Origin: an uncultured Deferribacteraceae bacterium
GTDB lineage: Bacteria > Chrysiogenota > Deferribacteres > CAMZNJ01
Direction: 5' to 3'
Length of the DNA: 64,000 nt
Assembly (NCBI GenBank): GCA_947313855.1
Contig: CAMZNS010000010.1
Location: forward strand, 12,769-76,768
The notes below the pieces were generated by a model that saw only the letters and a list, made by a program, of their open reading frames with translations, made no database searches and had not been told where the DNA came from. The translations under genes and the position numbers were made by a program. Positions 59,591-64,000 of this stretch are shown here, one piece after another. Positions within the stretch are counted from its first letter, which is position 1. Each line of letters opens with the position of its first letter.

Positions 59591-61048
59591 ATGGCAATGA
59601 AGTGGAGCAGGCTCTTGGAAGGCAAAACATTGGTCTCCAAACAGGACAACAAATCTGAAAATAACCCCATACGTACAATTTTTGAGCGTGACTACGACCG
59701 ACTCATCTACTCCACAGCATTCCGACGACTAGGACGAAAAACACAGGTGCACCCCCTATCCGAAAACGACCATGTACATAACCGACTATCACACACTCTG
59801 GAAACAACAACCGTAGGACGATCTCTAGGACGTATCCTTGTACAGAAATTACGCGAAGAGGACAACAGCAAGAAACTAGACACTTACGACAACAACGCCT
59901 TGGATAATATCCCAAACATTATGGTTGCGGCATGCCTTGCCCACGATATGGGTAACCCACCATTCGGACACAGCGGCGAAGACATACTCAGCAAACACAT
60001 GTTTCACGGCAAAAAAAGATACCCCGATCTATTCGAAAAACTGTCTGATGACGAAAATATCGATATCACTCGCTTTGAAGGGAACGCACAAACATTCCGA
60101 ATACTCACAAAACTAGAAATATACGGGAAAGAGGGTGGACTAAAACTAAGCATGCCAACACTCGCAACAACCATCAAATACCCGTGGGGACTACCTGATG
60201 CTCCCGAAGGCAAAAATAAATTCAACTACTACCAATCTGAAAAAACAGAATTCGAAACCCTAGTGGAAAAACTAGGACTCAAAACTGAAGCAGGGAAGGC
60301 GTGTCGCCACCCCCTATCATACCTACTCGAAGCCGCAGACGATATCTGCTACCTAATCATGGACTTCGAAGACGCACTAGACATGAACATTATCAGTGAA
60401 GCCAACTTCTACAAAGAGCTCGAACCACTATGCAAAAAACTAGGACTAGAAGGGGAGTGTGGGGACAAAAAAAATAGCAATAGCAACGTCAACAACGTCA
60501 ACAACGTCAACAACGTCAACAACGAAGCTAATGGCGATGACGAAAAAAAGATTTCACCTGGGAAGGTCAGGGGACAACTAATCAACAAACTAACACACAG
60601 AGCTGTGGACATATTCATGGCAAACTACGACAACATTATGGCAGGTAGGTTCAAAGGGGCGTTGCTTAACTGGGCGGGGAACAACAATATCCCATCAATC
60701 AAAGAGGAACTGGATAGTATTCGTTGGTTCTTCAGCGAAAACGTCTACGACACCGGTCGAAATATGAGTATTGATATCGGTGCATACCAAGTGCTGGGCG
60801 ATCTGGTGGACTACTCACTCAAACGACTCGACAACCATGTGCAAGCCCTGAAAAGTGAGGCGAATACTATCCCCGATTTTGACAGAAAACTGACGAAAGT
60901 TATGGGGATAGAAAGTATTCAGAATACCATCGAAAAATATGACGATAGCCACTACGAAGCCCTGCGTATGGTGCTGGACTACATCTCCGGAATGACAGAC
61001 AACTTCTCGGTGAATATGCGAAAAACAGTTCGAGGGCACAACCTATGA
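59591..61048 (+). CDS. dgt: dGTP triphosphohydrolase-like HD-domain protein
   Basis: FERDYDRLIYSTAFRRLGRKTQV, HSLE-like RLSHTLETT, CLAHDMGNPPFGHSGE. In-frame NVNNVNNVNNVNN (60484-60524). Start 59591 (GGAGG RBS). The ORF extends to 59546. Confidence 0.8.
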   Translation: MAMKWSRLLEGKTLVSKQDNKSENNPIRTIFERDYDRLIYSTAFRRLGRKTQVHPLSENDHVHNRLSHTLETTTVGRSLGRILVQKLREEDNSKKLDTYDNNALDNIPNIMVAACLAHDMGNPPFGHSGEDILSKHMFHGKKRYPDLFEKLSDDENIDITRFEGNAQTFRILTKLEIYGKEGGLKLSMPTLATTIKYPWGLPDAPEGKNKFNYYQSEKTEFETLVEKLGLKTEAGKACRHPLSYLLEAADDICYLIMDFEDALDMNIISEANFYKELEPLCKKLGLEGECGDKKNSNSNVNNVNNVNNVNNEANGDDEKKISPGKVRGQLINKLTHRAVDIFMANYDNIMAGRFKGALLNWAGNNNIPSIKEELDSIRWFFSENVYDTGRNMSIDIGAYQVLGDLVDYSLKRLDNHVQALKSEANTIPDFDRKLTKVMGIESIQNTIEKYDDSHYEALRMVLDYISGMTDNFSVNMRKTVRGHNL

Positions 61049-61479
61049 AAATAACCAAAGCCTCCGACTATGCCATCAAAGCACTGGCATACATGTCGCA
61101 AGACCCGAAAGCAAAATACCTAAGACACAGGCTCGCTAAAGATTGCGATATCCCCGACTACTTTCTCGCACGAATATTGCAAGGACTCGCCAAGGCAGGA
61201 TTACTGCAGTCCGAAAGGGGGGCACACGGCGGCTTCTTCCTGCTAAGATCCCCCGGTGAGATAACACTCTTAGACGTAATAGTTGCCGTTGATGGGAACA
61301 TTAGCCTCCTAGACTGTACCGGTGCTGATGGGTGCAAAAGCATGGGCAACTGTGTGGCGGCATCTGCTTGGATGGACATACAGAGTGGATTCGAAGCCTT
61401 GCTCAGCTCCAAAACCGTGGAGTCTATTGCGGAAGGGTTCTGCTTCAACATCAGTAACGACGATAACACCGACAACTGA
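61045..61479 (+). CDS. Rrf2-family transcriptional regulator, probably Fe-S cluster-binding
   Basis: N-terminal wHTH MKITKASDYAIKALAYM. C-terminal C-x6-C-x5-C (CTGADGCKSMGNC), as in IscR/NsrR. Confidence 0.75.
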   Translation: MKITKASDYAIKALAYMSQDPKAKYLRHRLAKDCDIPDYFLARILQGLAKAGLLQSERGAHGGFFLLRSPGEITLLDVIVAVDGNISLLDCTGADGCKSMGNCVAASAWMDIQSGFEALLSSKTVESIAEGFCFNISNDDNTDN

Positions 61480-61486
61480 TAGGGGG

Positions 61487-61672
61487 GTGTGCCCCGAGCA
61501 CGCTCACACACGCCCCGAGCACGCTCACACACGCCCGAGCACGCTCACACACGCCCGAGCACGCTCACACACGCCCGAGCACGCTCACACACGCCCGAGC
61601 ACGCTCACACGCCCCGAGCACGCTCACACGCCCGAGCACGCTCACACACGCCCGAGCACGCTCACACGCCCC
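61487..61672. repeat. About 19-bp tandem repeat x about 9 (cccgagcacgctcacacacg with length variants)
   Basis: Direct reading between rrf2 (+) and murD (-) 3' ends. Confidence 0.9.
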
Positions 61673-63149
61673 TGAGGGCTTCAGCAACATACTCCCTGAA
61701 CCGATTGCCACGATCTTCGAACGATTGAAACTCATCAAAGCTCGGCGAACCGGGGCTCATCAACACATAAATAACACTGTCGTCAGGTTCGGTGTTAGAG
61801 CCGTCATCGTTTCGCTCCTTCCCGTCATTGTCAGCATTTCGCAATACTGTTTGTGCTTCGTCAAGGGCATGTTGTATGCTTTTCTGCACCCCTTCACGCA
61901 GGGTTTTGCATGGTGTTGAGGTAATATGTTTTTCCGGCGTTACTAGCCTATTGATGCGGTATGCTTCTTCGCCAAAGGAGTAGATTGCGATTGCATGTTT
62001 GTTGATGGCATCTAGTGCGGTTTCGTAGTTTGTGCGTCTGTGTTGTCCGCCAATGAGCAGTATGATGTTTGGGTTGTCGTTAGTATTTGTGAGACTTGCG
62101 AGGGCGGTGACAACAGATTGTGCGTTTGTGCTTTTGGAGTCGTTGACGAATATAATTTTGCAGCCGTTAGTTTTGTTATTGTTGTGTGTGATATGGTGGG
62201 TGTGGCATGGCTCCATTCTGTGTGGTAGTGGCGGGATATTTTCGACAATGTGCGTAATGGAGTTGGATTTTAGTGTTTTGAGGTAGTTGGGTACAACTGT
62301 GCTGATGGTGAATAGGGCGTAGTGTAGGTTTATGAGGTTGTGGTTCCCCATGAAGTTGAATCGGTTGTTGAGGAAGTGTAGTCCATTGACGTAGGTGTAG
62401 TTGTTTCCGAAGTAGACTTTGTGTTTTGCTGGTATAACTTTGTCGAGGTGTTTTTGGATGGTGTTATTGGTGTCCACGTTGCTTGTGGGGTGTTGTTGTA
62501 GTAGTGTTTTCACCGTGTTGACGTATTCGTGGTTGATTATCAACGTACCATTCTCTTTGAGGTGTCCCACGCCCATGGCTTTGGAGAGGTAGTACTGTTC
62601 GGCAGTGGTGTAGCGTTCTTGGTGTGTATGGGCGAGGTTGAGGATGATGAATGCGTCTAGGAGTAGCTCTTTCATGATATCGATTTGGAAGCTGGAGAGT
62701 TCGAGTACGAGGATTTCGGCGTTGGGGTTGTCGTAGAGGGTGTCCCCTAGTGTGTTGCCGATGTTGCCACATGCGTGTACGTTGGCACCGAGTTGTTTGA
62801 GGAGGCTTGTGAGCATTGTTGCGGTGGTGGTTTTGCCGCTGCTCCCTGTGATGGCGATGATTAGTGGTTTGTGGCTTTTTTGTTTGTTTAGGATGTACCT
62901 TTGGCACAGGTCGAGTTCGTTTGTGATGTGTGGCAGTGTTGTGTCGGGGTAGTTGGTCATTGTTTTCGGGTTTAGCCCTGGTGAGACGACTGTTAGGGTG
63001 TTGCCATGGTCTTGGTTTCGGTAGCTGTTGAGTGGTTTTGCGTTTGGGGTATTGTCGTCGTAGATGTGAAACTGAGTGTAGCCGTTTTGTGATAGGATTC
63101 GTTTGGCCGTGTTGCCACTTTTGCCCATGCCTAGAATAATTGCTTTCAT
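61662..63149 (-). CDS. murD: UDP-N-acetylmuramoylalanine--D-glutamate ligase
   Basis: Mur ligase P-loop AITGSSGKTTTATML. N-terminal Rossmann KAIILGMGKSG. Start at 63149. The ORF extends to 63215. Confidence 0.85.
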   Translation of the reverse strand: MKAIILGMGKSGNTAKRILSQNGYTQFHIYDDNTPNAKPLNSYRNQDHGNTLTVVSPGLNPKTMTNYPDTTLPHITNELDLCQRYILNKQKSHKPLIIAITGSSGKTTTATMLTSLLKQLGANVHACGNIGNTLGDTLYDNPNAEILVLELSSFQIDIMKELLLDAFIILNLAHTHQERYTTAEQYYLSKAMGVGHLKENGTLIINHEYVNTVKTLLQQHPTSNVDTNNTIQKHLDKVIPAKHKVYFGNNYTYVNGLHFLNNRFNFMGNHNLINLHYALFTISTVVPNYLKTLKSNSITHIVENIPPLPHRMEPCHTHHITHNNNKTNGCKIIFVNDSKSTNAQSVVTALASLTNTNDNPNIILLIGGQHRRTNYETALDAINKHAIAIYSFGEEAYRINRLVTPEKHITSTPCKTLREGVQKSIQHALDEAQTVLRNADNDGKERNDDGSNTEPDDSVIYVLMSPGSPSFDEFQSFEDRGNRFREYVAEALRGV

Positions 63150-63157
63150 GTTAAATA

Positions 63158-64000
63158 TTACCTTATGCGAAGTAGTGAAACGGCGATGAGTGCAAGGATG
63201 AATGCCACTATCCAAAACCTAATGACGATTTTTTGTTCGGCAATGCCGGAGAGTTCGAAGTGGTGGTGTAGGGGAGACATTTTGAAGATACGTTTCCCTT
63301 TGGTTGCTTTGAAGTAGCCCACCTGCATTATTACGGATAGTGTTTCGGCAATAAAAACGCCAGCGATGAGTATGAGGATAAGTTCTTGTTTGATCATAAT
63401 CGCCATGACGGCCATGGAGCCACCGAGGGATAAGGATCCTGTGTCGCCCATGAAAAGTTGTGCGGGGTAGGCGTTGTACCAGAGAAATCCGAGACCGGCA
63501 CCAACAATTGCAGTGGCAAATATTGCAAGCTCAGATGTTCCGGGGATGGGGGTAACGTAGAGGTAGTTGGCGATATTACTGCTACCAGCGATGTAGGCGT
63601 ACAGCCCGAGTGTTGCGAATGCTATGACCGATGGCATAATTGCTAGTCCGTCAAGACCGTCGGTGAGGTTGACCGAGTTGCTGCTGCCCACAATAATAAA
63701 TATGGCAAAGAGTATGTAAAGGTATGAGATGCTGATTTCAATATTTTTGAAAATGGGGAGGTAGATGGTGAAAAGGGTGGCGGTATCTTGAACCAAACTA
63801 ATGAGAACGATGACGACGAGGGAGACAGCTATTTGAAGGAGGAACTTTATTCGTGCCGAAACCCCTTCAGGGTTGCCCTTGACCTTGTTGTGGTCGTCGT
63901 ACCACCCTATTGCGGCAAAACTCAAAAAAGATACGAGAATAATGGCGATGTAGGGGTTGCGTAGGTCGGACAAAAGGAGGGTGGTAACAACTGCAGGAAC
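63158..64000 (-). CDS. mraY: Phospho-N-acetylmuramoyl-pentapeptide transferase (5' end beyond the window)
   Basis: DDHNK (DDxxK) and C-terminal MraY motifs (HHHFEL). The N-terminus continues past position 64000. The ORF-track Met at 63973 is internal. Confidence 0.85.
   Translation of the reverse strand, partial: VPAVVTTLLLSDLRNPYIAIILVSFLSFAAIGWYDDHNKVKGNPEGVSARIKFLLQIAVSLVVIVLISLVQDTATLFTIYLPIFKNIEISISYLYILFAIFIIVGSSNSVNLTDGLDGLAIMPSVIAFATLGLYAYIAGSSNIANYLYVTPIPGTSELAIFATAIVGAGLGFLWYNAYPAQLFMGDTGSLSLGGSMAVMAIMIKQELILILIAGVFIAETLSVIMQVGYFKATKGKRIFKMSPLHHHFELSGIAEQKIVIRFWIVAFILALIAVSLLRIR

Noticed and set aside
63974-64000. mraY reported as a complete 271-aa ORF starting at 63973
   Set aside because: The MraY DDxxK motif is only about 30 aa from this Met. 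The real N-terminus (about 90 more aa) lies beyond the window edge, so the gene is partial.

Overview
The window is a 64 kb chromosomal segment from a Gram-negative (diderm) bacterium with about 50% GC. I could not place the organism. Most of it is housekeeping content. Genes present:
- The tail of a dcw cluster (mraY, murD).
- tsaE, valS, rqcH-like, trmB, pfkA, yqeY, two cvpA paralogues, mutS2, thiL, ybeY, phoH, cca/pcnB-type nucleotidyltransferase, xerD, glyQ, nth, dgt-like, rrf2, ald, rpsT, queH.
- A TonB/ExbB/ExbD set.
- A FadL-type outer-membrane transporter.
- A complete but minimal System I cytochrome c maturation locus, ccmE-F-A-B-C-D, with a divergent ccdA. Its CcmE carries the rare CxxxY motif (Cys in place of the haem-binding His) and no ccmG/H is present.
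- Two adjacent CAT-anticodon tRNAs (one initiator-type) behind a perfect sigma70 promoter.

The most striking global feature is an extreme load of short tandem repeats, with periods from 6 to about 87 bp. Arrays sit in nearly every intergenic gap. Arrays with periods that are multiples of 3 also sit in frame inside conserved enzymes (rsmB, rqcH, mutS2, ybeY, cca, xerD, dgt, L,D-transpeptidase and others).

Candidate novel or accessory content:
1. A three-gene operon encoding an ankyrin-repeat lipoprotein, a FapA/DUF342-like protein and a membrane protein with a periplasmic SH3b domain.
2. A tandem array of five divergent paralogous secreted beta-rich proteins, followed by a 21-bp x13 repeat array and a standalone C39-like papain-fold cysteine peptidase.
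3. An XRE regulator with a tandem operator-like motif and a secreted protein with a Ca-binding-like loop, sandwiched between very large repeat blocks. One block is about 500 bp and ends in long poly-C/G tracts, next to the tRNA genes.

No CRISPR arrays, integrases of phage type, transposases or rRNA genes were seen.
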